Below, one piece after another: positions 19,784 to 29,087 of a stretch of 63,290 bases of DNA (positions are counted from its first letter, which is position 1; each line of letters begins with the position of its first letter). Under the pieces are notes generated by a model. It did not search any database. It saw only the letters and a program-made list of their open reading frames with translations, and was not told where the DNA came from. Position numbers and translations under genes: made by a program. This DNA is from SAR202 cluster bacterium (lineage in GTDB: Bacteria > Chloroflexota > Dehalococcoidia > Lucifugimonadales > UBA6952): positions 1 to 63,290 of the forward strand of contig VFGE01000019.1 of assembly GCA_009392515.1 (NCBI GenBank), written 5' to 3'.

Positions 19784-20707
19784 TCATACTTCTATTGCCA
19801 TTTCTACTTTAGAAGTCGAATTATCATATATCATAGACTGAGTCTGATAAACTAATGTGTAAAATGATACTTGATTAATTAAACCCAAACTTTGAAGACT
19901 TTCAAGTAAGGATTTCTCTTCAATTTTTACTATCCAATATACCTGTTTTCTTTTTGTGTTTTGATATGCATCAGAAATAAATTCTGGAAGTATATTTGAA
20001 TACTTATGAAATATATTTAGACTAACAGCACAAATTTTATGATAATCTTTCTTTGATAAAGAACCTAGAAGGTTATCTCCATCTATATATAGCAATTCTT
20101 TAGCATCAACATCTACCATACTACATAGTTTTAATAAATCATTATCGTAATAGGTTAAATTTTTCTTAACAAAAAAATCTAATCCTTTTTCATATAGAGC
20201 TACTAAATCTGATTTATATCTATTATTACTTAATCTAGATAAATAAATAGGGTTAGATTTATATAAAGAGTATTGGCCGCCTAGTGTCAAAATTACATTC
20301 TGTGTAGCAACTTTAAATTTAGCACTAACTGCACTATCAACTAACTGCCAATTATTTGGAATTTTTAATATCATTCCATGAGATTTTCTTTTTGTAATAT
20401 ATGCTGTTGAAATATCAAGAATGTTTTTAAATAAATCAAAATTGACATTCTCAAGCAATAAGTGGCGAACAAACCAATAATTTTTATTTTGTACCTTTTT
20501 TATACAAATTAATCCATTTATTGAATTAGAGTTTGTTGAAATAAAAGTAATTTGATTATGATTATATCCAAATATATTTAAACATATTAATAATCGCTGC
20601 ATAAACTTAAGTGGTTTGCCAATATTATCAGGTCTTTGTACAGAAAAATCTGGCATATCTGATTTTAATACGTGAAATATATCAAAAAAACCGAGTTTCT
20701 TAATCAT
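19784..20707 (-). CDS. Hypothetical protein (possibly degenerate tandem GNAT fold)
   Basis: 307-aa ORF in the pdxS-pdxT...tmk run; very N/K/I/Y-rich. The fold call is weak. Confidence 0.55.
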   Translation of the reverse strand: MIKKLGFFDIFHVLKSDMPDFSVQRPDNIGKPLKFMQRLLICLNIFGYNHNQITFISTNSNSINGLICIKKVQNKNYWFVRHLLLENVNFDLFKNILDISTAYITKRKSHGMILKIPNNWQLVDSAVSAKFKVATQNVILTLGGQYSLYKSNPIYLSRLSNNRYKSDLVALYEKGLDFFVKKNLTYYDNDLLKLCSMVDVDAKELLYIDGDNLLGSLSKKDYHKICAVSLNIFHKYSNILPEFISDAYQNTKRKQVYWIVKIEEKSLLESLQSLGLINQVSFYTLVYQTQSMIYDNSTSKVEMAIEV

Positions 20708-20714
20708 TAATTAC

Positions 20715-21290
20715 CTAACTATAAACTAAATCAATAAAATATTTATGAAACCTGTTATCCGTAGTTAGTTCAGGATGAAAAGATGTACCAAGTTTCTTGC
20801 CTTGTTTAACTCCTACAATTTCTCCATCATTAAGTGTACAAATTACGTCTACATTTTCATCAATGTTAAGGATTTTAGGGGCTCGGATAAATACACCTGG
20901 AAAAGGATTTTCTGTATCAAAAGAAAAATTAATTAAATCTTTAAAACTATCTATTTGTCGTCCATATGCATTGCGACTCACATTAATATTCATAAGGTTT
21001 AGCGGGTTAGGAATATCTTCTTTGAGATCATTAGCCATTAAAATTAATCCAGCACATGTGCCCCAAATTGGTAGATCGCTAGATGCAGCTTCTTTTATAG
21101 CTGGTCTGAAATTATATAAATCCATCAAGTATGAAATTGTAGTACTTTCTCCACCAGGTATTACAAGAGCATCCAAATCAGCTATTTGGCTAGCTTTCCT
21201 TATTTCTCGTACTGACACCCCCAAGCTTGAAAAAGATTTTATATGTTCTATAAAATCACCTTGAAGTGCCAAAACTCCAATTCCAGACAA
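20715..21290 (-). CDS. pdxT: PLP synthase glutaminase subunit
   Basis: GVLALQG, IPGGESTT, GTCAG, RNAYGRQ, FIRAP, FHPEL. Confidence 0.97.
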   Translation of the reverse strand: MSGIGVLALQGDFIEHIKSFSSLGVSVREIRKASQIADLDALVIPGGESTTISYLMDLYNFRPAIKEAASSDLPIWGTCAGLILMANDLKEDIPNPLNLMNINVSRNAYGRQIDSFKDLINFSFDTENPFPGVFIRAPKILNIDENVDVICTLNDGEIVGVKQGKKLGTSFHPELTTDNRFHKYFIDLVYS

Positions 21291-21293
21291 CTG

Positions 21294-22178
21294 TTACCAT
21301 CCCCTTGTGGCTAATTGTTCCTCTTCTGGCATAGTTCGAACATCTAAACCCCTCATTGCATCCCCTAAACCTGAAGATACTTCTGCAATTATGTCAGGGT
21401 CATTAAAGTGAGTAGTAGCTTTGACGATAGCCTTTGCCATTGCTGAAGGATTGGATGATTTGAATATACCAGATCCAACAAAAACTCCCTCAACACCAAT
21501 TTGCATCATTAGAGCTGCATCAGCTGGAGTTGCTATACCACCTGCTGCAAAATTTACCACAGGCAGCTTACCTGTTTCATGTATTTGTAAAATTAATTCA
21601 TAGGGAGCTTGTAGATCTCTGGCTGTTGCCATTAATTCTGTAGGATCCAAATTTGTGATCCTTGTAATCTCACCTAAAACTGATCTTGCATGTCGTACGG
21701 CCTCAACAACGTTTCCAGTACCAGCTTCTCCCTTGGTTCTAATCATTGCTGCCCCTTCACCTATTCTACGTAAGGCTTCGCCCAAATTCCTACAGCCGCA
21801 AACGAATGGAACCTTAAAATCATGTTTATTAATATGATTGTTTTCATCAGCAGGAGTCAATACTTCTGATTCATCTATATAGTCAACACCTAGTGCTTCT
21901 AGGACTTGAGCTTCAACTAGATGACCGATTCTAGCTTTAGCCATTACAGGTATACTTACTGCTTTTATAATTCCTGTAATCATGTCAGGATCAGACATTC
22001 TTGCAACTCCTCCGGCTGCCCGAATATCAGAAGGCACTCTTTCTAAAGCCATTACTGCACACGCGCCAGCATCCTCAGCTATTTTGGCTTGTTCTGGCGT
22101 TACCACATCCATTATCACTCCGCCTTTAAGCATTTGAGCAAGGCCAGTTTTTAAATCCCACGTATTTTTCTCTACCAT
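21294..22178 (-). CDS. pdxS: PLP synthase lyase subunit
   Basis: [44 protein letters not shown]-terminal RGW. Confidence 0.98.
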   Translation of the reverse strand: MVEKNTWDLKTGLAQMLKGGVIMDVVTPEQAKIAEDAGACAVMALERVPSDIRAAGGVARMSDPDMITGIIKAVSIPVMAKARIGHLVEAQVLEALGVDYIDESEVLTPADENNHINKHDFKVPFVCGCRNLGEALRRIGEGAAMIRTKGEAGTGNVVEAVRHARSVLGEITRITNLDPTELMATARDLQAPYELILQIHETGKLPVVNFAAGGIATPADAALMMQIGVEGVFVGSGIFKSSNPSAMAKAIVKATTHFNDPDIIAEVSSGLGDAMRGLDVRTMPEEEQLATRGW

Positions 22179-22234
22179 AAAAGATTCTCCTAACAGCTAA
22201 TATTAGTTAACTGATTAACACATAAAACATAATA

Positions 22235-22266
22235 AAAGTATACTCCTTAAAGTATACACTATGCAA
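22235..22266 (-). promoter_or_regulatory. Candidate pdxS promoter with repeated AAAGTATAC boxes
   Basis: Minus strand TTGCAT, 18-nt spacer, TATACT. AAAGTATAC occurs at 22235-22243 and 22249-22257. Confidence 0.5.
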
Positions 22267-22325
22267 TTTAAATACTTGATCTTAACTACAAGAACTATTT
22301 AAGGGGACTAAATTAATAATTCGTA

Positions 22326-22354
22326 TTGAAGTATTAATTTAATTTAACTACAAT
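22326..22354 (+). promoter_or_regulatory. Candidate promoter for the MFS gene
   Basis: TTGAAG, 17-nt spacer, TACAAT. Confidence 0.5.
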
Positions 22355-22380
22355 CAGCCATGAATCAATAAAGGATTTTT

Positions 22381-23628
22381 ATGTTCAAAAAGAAAATATA
22401 TCGTGGTTGGTACATAGTTACTGCAATATTTTTTGCTAACTGGATGGGTGCGGGTATAGGAGTTCCTATTTATGGGTTATTTTATGTTCCTATACGTTCA
22501 TCACTATCTCTGACAAACTTAATGCTTTCACTTCCACCTGTGATAAGAAATTTAACCACACATTTTATGGGCCCCATCGTAGGACCTTTAGTTGATAAAT
22601 TTGGGCCACGTTACCTGATGACAATGGGTGCAATTATTGCAGGATTTAGTACATTTCTTATGAGTACAGCAGATAACTTTTGGGAAATTATACTTTATTT
22701 TTCTATCATTGGTGCTTCAGGCCATGCATGTCTTAGCCATATTGTTACAAATACAACTTTAGCTCGATGGTTTATAAAAAAACGTGGGAGAGCTACTGGA
22801 ATTGCCACAACAGGTATTAATGTTGGTGAAGCAATTATGGCGCCTCTTATTCAATTATTAATAACCTATGTAGGATGGAGAAAAACTTGGCAATTTATGG
22901 CTTTAGTTCCCTGGTTAATTATAGCACCGACGAGTTTCTTATTTATGAGAAGATCGCCAGAAGATTTGGGATTAAAACCTGATGGGGAAAGTGATGTAAT
23001 TGAAAATAAACAAAATGTATCCAATTCATATCAAGATATTGAAGAAATATGGACACCAAAAGATGCTTTTAAAACGACTTCATTATGGGCTTTGGTTTTC
23101 TCAACCAATTTAGCAGCGATTGCTGTTATAGGAGTTGTTTTGCATCAAATACCATTTATGATTGATCAAGGTTTATCACCAGGAATAGCTGCTTTGAGCC
23201 TAACTACGTATGCTATCTTTGCTATACCATCTAAATTGATTTGGGGGTTTTTAGCAGAAAAAGTCGCTATCAAATATTTAACAGCTGCCTCCTTACTTGG
23301 TTCAGCTATTGGGTTATTAATTCTAATACAGGCTAGTACAATAAAGGGTGTATTACTATTTGGTATTATTTATGGATTAACAAGGGGTGCTTGGGCAGTT
23401 GTCCAATCACTGATCTGGGCAGATTATTTTGGTCGTGCATTTCTCGGTTCAATAAGAGGGTTTGTTTCTCCAATACAAGGTTTATCGGCAATATTTGGTC
23501 CTCTTTTTGCTGGTTGGTTAAGAGATATTACAAATAGTTACCAAATTCCTTTTTATACTTTCGTTGGTTTATATATCATAAGTGCTTTTATTATTTTAAT
23601 AATACCTAAACCTATTTTAAAAAAATAA
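22381..23628 (+). CDS. MFS transporter (OFA/MCT-like)
   Basis: YRGWYIV, GPLVDKFGPR, WFIKKRGRATG, ADYFGR; about 12 TM segments. Confidence 0.9.
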   Translation: MFKKKIYRGWYIVTAIFFANWMGAGIGVPIYGLFYVPIRSSLSLTNLMLSLPPVIRNLTTHFMGPIVGPLVDKFGPRYLMTMGAIIAGFSTFLMSTADNFWEIILYFSIIGASGHACLSHIVTNTTLARWFIKKRGRATGIATTGINVGEAIMAPLIQLLITYVGWRKTWQFMALVPWLIIAPTSFLFMRRSPEDLGLKPDGESDVIENKQNVSNSYQDIEEIWTPKDAFKTTSLWALVFSTNLAAIAVIGVVLHQIPFMIDQGLSPGIAALSLTTYAIFAIPSKLIWGFLAEKVAIKYLTAASLLGSAIGLLILIQASTIKGVLLFGIIYGLTRGAWAVVQSLIWADYFGRAFLGSIRGFVSPIQGLSAIFGPLFAGWLRDITNSYQIPFYTFVGLYIISAFIILIIPKPILKK

Positions 23629-23687
23629 ATTTCTGGTAACAATTTTATTACTAATTAGTGATAAAATAATAAAAAAACCTAGGACTT

Positions 23688-26582
23688 ATGATGGAACCAC
23701 AAAAAATTATCGTTAAAGGCGCTCGCCAACATAATTTAAAAAATGTATCTGTAAATATACCAAGAAATAAATTTGTTGTAGTTACAGGAGTTTCAGGTTC
23801 AGGTAAATCTACCTTAGCTTTCGATACTATCTACGCTGAAGGTCAAAGAAGATATGTTGAATCGCTATCCTCATATGCAAGACAATTCTTAGGCAGAATG
23901 GATAAACCAGACGTAGATTATATAGAAGGGTTAAGTCCATCTATTTCAATTGATCAAAAAAATACGTCTCAAAACCCTCGTTCTACTGTTGGAACCACTA
24001 CTGAAATATACGACTATTTACGTTTGTTATTTGCAAGAGTTGGCAAACCCCATTGCTACAAATGTGGAAATCGGGTAGAAAAACAAACTATCCCACAGAT
24101 TGTAGATACTATACAAAATATGGATGAAAATCACAGAATCATGATTCTATCACCTAAAGTTGTCCATAAAAAAGGGGAACATAAACAGATATTCGAACAA
24201 TTAAAAAAGGATGGTTTCGTACGTGTTCGTGTAGATAATGAAATTCGAGAATTAACTGAAAATATTGAATTAAACAAACAAAAATGGCACACAATTGAAT
24301 TGATCGTTGATAGAATCACTTCTGGTCACTCTACTGATGAAAGTCGTATTCACAGCTCAGTAGAAACTGCCTTAAATCAAGGTGATGGTACAATAACTAT
24401 ACTAAATGTTGAAAATAATCAAGAAACTGCTATTTCAGAGAATTTTGCCTGTGTAAATTGTGGAATAAATTTTACTGAAATTGAGCCACGAACTTTTAGT
24501 TTTAATTCACCACATGGAGCATGCAACAGATGCTCAGGAATTGGTTATCATTTAGAAGTAGATCCAGATTTAGTCATCCCAGATTATACGTTATCAATGA
24601 GTAAAGGCGGCATTCTTCCCTGGTCCTCATCAGGTCGACTTTCTCAATGGGGCCGTAGTATTTTAGCTTCACTAGCCGATAAATATAAATTTAATATTAA
24701 TGAACCTCTTATCAATCTTTCAGATGAAATGATCGACATTCTACTACATGGAGATAATGACACTATTAATATAACCCATGTAACAAAAAGAGGTATGCGC
24801 TACCAATGGAACCGGAAATTTGAGGGATTAATTCCTAATCTTGAACGGAGATACCAAAATACAGACTCAGACTACTCTAAAAAAGAAATTGAAAAATTTA
24901 TGTCAAAAGTTGAATGCCCAGAATGCAATGGTAATAGACTAAAACCTACCTCATTATCAGTAAAAATCGGCACGGAAAATATAATTTCATTAACAAATAT
25001 GTCCATCAAACAAACTTGGGAGTGGACAAAAATTCAACTTAATACGACTAGAAACAATTCAACAATTCTCAAAAAAGATTTTCCTATAGCAGAGCCAATT
25101 ATTAAGGAAATTAAGAATAGATTAGAATTTCTAATTGATATTGGTTTAGATTATATTAGCCTTGATCGACCTACTTCAACTTTATCTGGTGGTGAATCTC
25201 AAAGAATCCGCTTAGCTACACAAATAGGGTCAGGTTTAGTTGGAGTTTTATATGTTTGCGATGAACCATCGATTGGACTGCATCCTGCTGATGGTAATAT
25301 GTTAATAACTACACTAAAAAAACTTAGAGATCTAGGTAATTCATTATTGGTAGTTGAGCACGATGAAGCAGTTATGGAATCAGCTGATTATATTATAGAT
25401 CTTGGCCCAGGTGCTGGAGAAAACGGCGGTTATATCATTGCGGAAGGACCACTAAAAAAAATTAAAAGTGTTACAGAATCTTTAACAGGTTCGTATTTAA
25501 GTGGTAGAAACATTATACCTACACCTTATATTAGAAGGAAACATAATGGAAATAAAATAAATATAGTAGGTGCTAGAGAAAATAATTTGAAAAATATAAG
25601 TGTTGAGATACCACTAGGTAATTTGGTTTGTATAACCGGAGTTTCAGGATCTGGAAAATCAACCTTAATTAATGAGGTTTTATACAAAAAATTAAATCAA
25701 ACACTAAATAAAGCTCGAGCAAAAGCGGGAGCTTGCGACTATGTTGAAGGAATAGAAAATATAACAAAAGTAATTAACATTGATCAATCACCAATAGGTC
25801 GTACACCAAGAAGTAATCCTGCAACTTACTGTGGTGTTTTTACTCCAATAAGAGAATTATTTTCAATGCTACCTGAAGCCAAGGTACGTGGATATGCTCC
25901 TGGGAGATTCTCTTTTAATGTTAGAGGTGGACGATGTGAAGCCTGTTCCGGGGAAGGTTCTATAGAAATTGAAATGCAATTTCTTGCAAATGTAACCATA
26001 CCTTGTGAAATTTGTGAAGGGGCTAGATACAATTCTGAAGCTTTAACTGTTCTTTTCAATGAACATTCTATATCTGATGTATTAAATTTAACTGTCGATC
26101 AAGCAATAGATCTATTTTCTAATATACCTAAAATTGTTAATAAATTAACAGTAATGAAAGAGGTAGGTTTAGGGTATATAAAACTTGGGCAACCAGCAAC
26201 AACTTTATCAGGTGGAGAAGCTCAAAGAGTGAAACTAGCTACAGAACTTTCCAAAAGATCTTTGGGACATACTTTGTATATTTTAGATGAACCAACAACA
26301 GGATTATCCCTATATGACTGTGAATACCTACTAGAAGTTATACAAAAATTAGTAGATAAAAATAATACAGTTATATTAATAGAACATCACCTTGATTTAA
26401 TTAAAAATGCTGATTGGATTATTGATCTCGGCCCTAAAGCTGGCGAAAATGGCGGGTACATTATAGCTACAGGAACTCCAGAATTTATTAGCAAGCAAGA
26501 AAAATCAATAACCGGTAAATATCTTATTCCTAAATTAGAGAAAGAAGAATATAATGTTCTTCAATCTTCTTCAATAAAATAA
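23688..26582 (+). CDS. uvrA: Excinuclease ABC subunit A
   Basis: GARQHNLKN, two GVSGSGKS Walker A motifs, two LSGGE signatures and zinc fingers. Confidence 0.98.
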   Translation: MMEPQKIIVKGARQHNLKNVSVNIPRNKFVVVTGVSGSGKSTLAFDTIYAEGQRRYVESLSSYARQFLGRMDKPDVDYIEGLSPSISIDQKNTSQNPRSTVGTTTEIYDYLRLLFARVGKPHCYKCGNRVEKQTIPQIVDTIQNMDENHRIMILSPKVVHKKGEHKQIFEQLKKDGFVRVRVDNEIRELTENIELNKQKWHTIELIVDRITSGHSTDESRIHSSVETALNQGDGTITILNVENNQETAISENFACVNCGINFTEIEPRTFSFNSPHGACNRCSGIGYHLEVDPDLVIPDYTLSMSKGGILPWSSSGRLSQWGRSILASLADKYKFNINEPLINLSDEMIDILLHGDNDTINITHVTKRGMRYQWNRKFEGLIPNLERRYQNTDSDYSKKEIEKFMSKVECPECNGNRLKPTSLSVKIGTENIISLTNMSIKQTWEWTKIQLNTTRNNSTILKKDFPIAEPIIKEIKNRLEFLIDIGLDYISLDRPTSTLSGGESQRIRLATQIGSGLVGVLYVCDEPSIGLHPADGNMLITTLKKLRDLGNSLLVVEHDEAVMESADYIIDLGPGAGENGGYIIAEGPLKKIKSVTESLTGSYLSGRNIIPTPYIRRKHNGNKINIVGARENNLKNISVEIPLGNLVCITGVSGSGKSTLINEVLYKKLNQTLNKARAKAGACDYVEGIENITKVINIDQSPIGRTPRSNPATYCGVFTPIRELFSMLPEAKVRGYAPGRFSFNVRGGRCEACSGEGSIEIEMQFLANVTIPCEICEGARYNSEALTVLFNEHSISDVLNLTVDQAIDLFSNIPKIVNKLTVMKEVGLGYIKLGQPATTLSGGEAQRVKLATELSKRSLGHTLYILDEPTTGLSLYDCEYLLEVIQKLVDKNNTVILIEHHLDLIKNADWIIDLGPKAGENGGYIIATGTPEFISKQEKSITGKYLIPKLEKEEYNVLQSSSIK

Positions 26583-26598
26583 ATACAACTATATAATT

Positions 26599-27003
26599 AT
26601 GAAAAACAACAACGACTTACAACCACAAAACTTTTCAGACTTACTTGGTTTTGAAATTCTCCAAAAAAATCAAGAAAAATGTATCGTTAAAATGGAGATT
26701 CATCAAAGACATTTACAAGGTGCAGGGTTTGTACAAGGTGGGATAATTGCAACTATAGCTGATGCTGCTATATCTATGGCACTGGGAGTTATTAAAGCAG
26801 ATGATACTACACTATTTACAGTTGAAATGAAGATAAATTATATAGCCCCAGCCTCTGTGAAATCAAAGTATTTGATTGCAGATGGCAAAATATCCCACAA
26901 AGGTAATTTACTTTCGCTAGGAGAGTGCATTGTATATGACGCAACAGACAAAAAAATTGCACAAGTATTAGGGACATGGATTACAGTCAAAAATAATAAC
27001 TAA
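26599..27003 (+). CDS. PaaI family (hotdog-fold) thioesterase
   Basis: GFVQGGIIATIAD and TVEMKINYIAP. Confidence 0.85.
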   Translation: MKNNNDLQPQNFSDLLGFEILQKNQEKCIVKMEIHQRHLQGAGFVQGGIIATIADAAISMALGVIKADDTTLFTVEMKINYIAPASVKSKYLIADGKISHKGNLLSLGECIVYDATDKKIAQVLGTWITVKNNN

Positions 27004-27007
27004 ACAT

Positions 27008-27706
27008 ATGAAGCCAATAGTAACACCAGAAGAGGCAGTAAAAGAAATTAAAGATGGATCTTCTATCATGATAGGTGGATTTGGTGGCTCTGGAGATATG
27101 CCAACAAACCTTATACTTGCACTAAGTAATACTAGGGCAAAAAATTTAACAATTATTAGTAATACTGGTGGATTACCTGGATTCGGACTACTAGAAAATC
27201 AAAGAGCACCAATAAACCATGATATCTTAATTAAAAATAAACAAGTAAGTAAAATTATTTCTTCTTTTCCAGTTTCTCCATCTCCTTCAATGAAAAATGC
27301 ACTTGAAGAAATATATAAAGAAGAAAATATTCTGATTGAACTGATACCTCAGGGAACTTTAGCTGAAAAAATTCGTGCTGGAGGAGCTGGTATAAGAGCA
27401 TTTTACACACCAACAGGCGTTAATAGTTTTCCAAGCGAAAATAAAGAAACTCGTTTATTCAATAATAAAAAATATCTTTTGGAAGAATGGTTACAATCTG
27501 ATTTCTGTTTTATAAGGGCTCACAAATCTGATACTTTAGGAAATTTGATTAATAAAGGTACTTCAAAAAACTTTAACCCAATTATGGCAACAGCAAGTAA
27601 TATGACAATCGTTGAAGCAGATGAAATAGTTGCCCCCGAACAATTAATACCAGAACAAATTACAACGCCCGGAATTTTCGTGAATAAATTAGTACATAGG
27701 AATTAG
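27008..27706 (+). CDS. 3-oxoacid CoA-transferase subunit A (ScoA/PcaI-like)
   Basis: IMIGGFG, PQGTLAEKIRAGGAGI, FYTPTG, NFNPIMATA. Confidence 0.92.
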   Translation: MKPIVTPEEAVKEIKDGSSIMIGGFGGSGDMPTNLILALSNTRAKNLTIISNTGGLPGFGLLENQRAPINHDILIKNKQVSKIISSFPVSPSPSMKNALEEIYKEENILIELIPQGTLAEKIRAGGAGIRAFYTPTGVNSFPSENKETRLFNNKKYLLEEWLQSDFCFIRAHKSDTLGNLINKGTSKNFNPIMATASNMTIVEADEIVAPEQLIPEQITTPGIFVNKLVHRN

Positions 27707-27712
27707 ATTATT

Positions 27713-28375
27713 ATGAAAGAAAGACTGAACAGAGAAACTATTGCAATGAGAATAGCAAAAGAAATTCCTAATAATTCTTATGTTAATTTAGGAATAGGAA
27801 TACCAACATTAGTTTCACAATTTACAAGTCCTGAACAAAATATTATTTTTCATAGTGAAAATGGTGTTTTAAACTACGGTTCTTTAGCTGATTCAGGTAA
27901 AGAAGATCCTGATCTAATTAATGCAGGGGGTCAATTCTTAAAACCAACAATAGGAATGTCTTTTTTTAATTCTGCTGATGCATTTGCCATGATAAGAGGA
28001 GGGCATATAGATATATCAGTTTTAGGGGCTCTTCAAATATCAGCAAAAGGAGATCTTGCCAATTGGATGATACCTGAAAGAGGAATTGGGAATATAGGTG
28101 GAGCAATGGATTTGGCTACTGGTGCTAAAAAATTAATTGTTGCTATGGAACACACTGATAGAAATAATAATCCTAAAATAGTTAGCAAATGCAGCTATCC
28201 TTTGACGGTGCCTGAATGTGTAAATTTAATAGTCACTGATTTATGTGTAATTTTAGTTGAATCGAAACAATTAACAGTCAAAGAAATTGCACCCGGGTGG
28301 AACAAAGATGAAATTCAAAATTTAACTGAAGCAAAATTACTTTTTGACAATAACATAACAGAAATAACTCTTTAA
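27713..28375 (+). CDS. 3-oxoacid CoA-transferase subunit B (ScoB/PcaJ-like)
   Basis: VNLGIGIPT, catalytic HSENG, MIRGGHID, GGAMDL. Confidence 0.93.
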   Translation: MKERLNRETIAMRIAKEIPNNSYVNLGIGIPTLVSQFTSPEQNIIFHSENGVLNYGSLADSGKEDPDLINAGGQFLKPTIGMSFFNSADAFAMIRGGHIDISVLGALQISAKGDLANWMIPERGIGNIGGAMDLATGAKKLIVAMEHTDRNNNPKIVSKCSYPLTVPECVNLIVTDLCVILVESKQLTVKEIAPGWNKDEIQNLTEAKLLFDNNITEITL

Positions 28376-28431
28376 GAGACATATAAAGCTAAAATTTATT
28401 ATTTTTACACTTGCTAATCATCATAAAAAGA

Positions 28432-28451
28432 GTAATACTTTGTAATACTTT
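28432..28451. repeat. Perfect 10-bp tandem repeat GTAATACTTT x2 upstream of an orphan gene
   Basis: Copies at 28432-28441 and 28442-28451. Confidence 0.75.
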
Positions 28452-28483
28452 AGAAACCGACAAAATTAATTGGGGAGGTTATA

Positions 28484-29041
28484 TTGTCTAACGAAAATGC
28501 AGTAAAAACAGGCGAATATTTGTTATCAAGACTTACTTCTTGGTTTGGAAATAGACCTGATTATTTCAGTGCTTTTATTGATCGAAACGTAGGTGGTTAC
28601 GGATGGTTACCTGCTGAAGCATATTATGCTTTATCAGGACCAGTGTCTTCTATAAGTGCAAACGTAACTGCGGTTAGAGGGAACTCACAAGGTGAGGGTG
28701 GATTTAGTCCAGATATAGAAATTGATATCGACAAAGAAGCTCATCAAGTTGCAGTTGTCCCTGCTTTAGTTACACCTGATAAAAATCTTACCACCTTAGT
28801 AGATGGTGGCCTTGGAGGAGCTCTAGAATGGGCAAGTGGTGTACTAAAAGATAGAGCAATTGTTTATCTTTTGGCATTCCCTTCAGGTATAGAAACTGAA
28901 GACTGGACTAATGCTTTAGCAAAAGCTGAAGAAAAATACCAATTAAAGGCATTGGATTCTATGCAGTTTGTTATTCCTCGCCCACCAAGAGAAATGGCAA
29001 GAGGAGCAGCTACAGTTCTAATGCATTCATCTCGAGTATAA
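28484..29041 (+). CDS. Hypothetical cytoplasmic protein
   Basis: TTG start with strong GGGGAGG SD, balanced amino-acid composition, followed by a terminator hairpin. Confidence 0.75.
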   Translation: MSNENAVKTGEYLLSRLTSWFGNRPDYFSAFIDRNVGGYGWLPAEAYYALSGPVSSISANVTAVRGNSQGEGGFSPDIEIDIDKEAHQVAVVPALVTPDKNLTTLVDGGLGGALEWASGVLKDRAIVYLLAFPSGIETEDWTNALAKAEEKYQLKALDSMQFVIPRPPREMARGAATVLMHSSRV

Positions 29042-29057
29042 AAATAAAGCATCACAC

Positions 29058-29087
29058 TAACAAAGCAGCTATCCAGCTGCTTTGTTA
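29058..29087. terminator. Hairpin between convergent genes (bidirectional terminator)
   Basis: 13-bp stem TAACAAAGCAGCT/AGCTGCTTTGTTA with ATCC loop. Confidence 0.8.

Noticed and set aside
3460..22333. Shared TATTGAAGTA 10-mer upstream of MmgE/PrpD-1 (minus strand, 3460-3469) and the MFS gene (22324-22333)
   Set aside because: Only two instances in AT-rich DNA, and one is explained as a -35 box.
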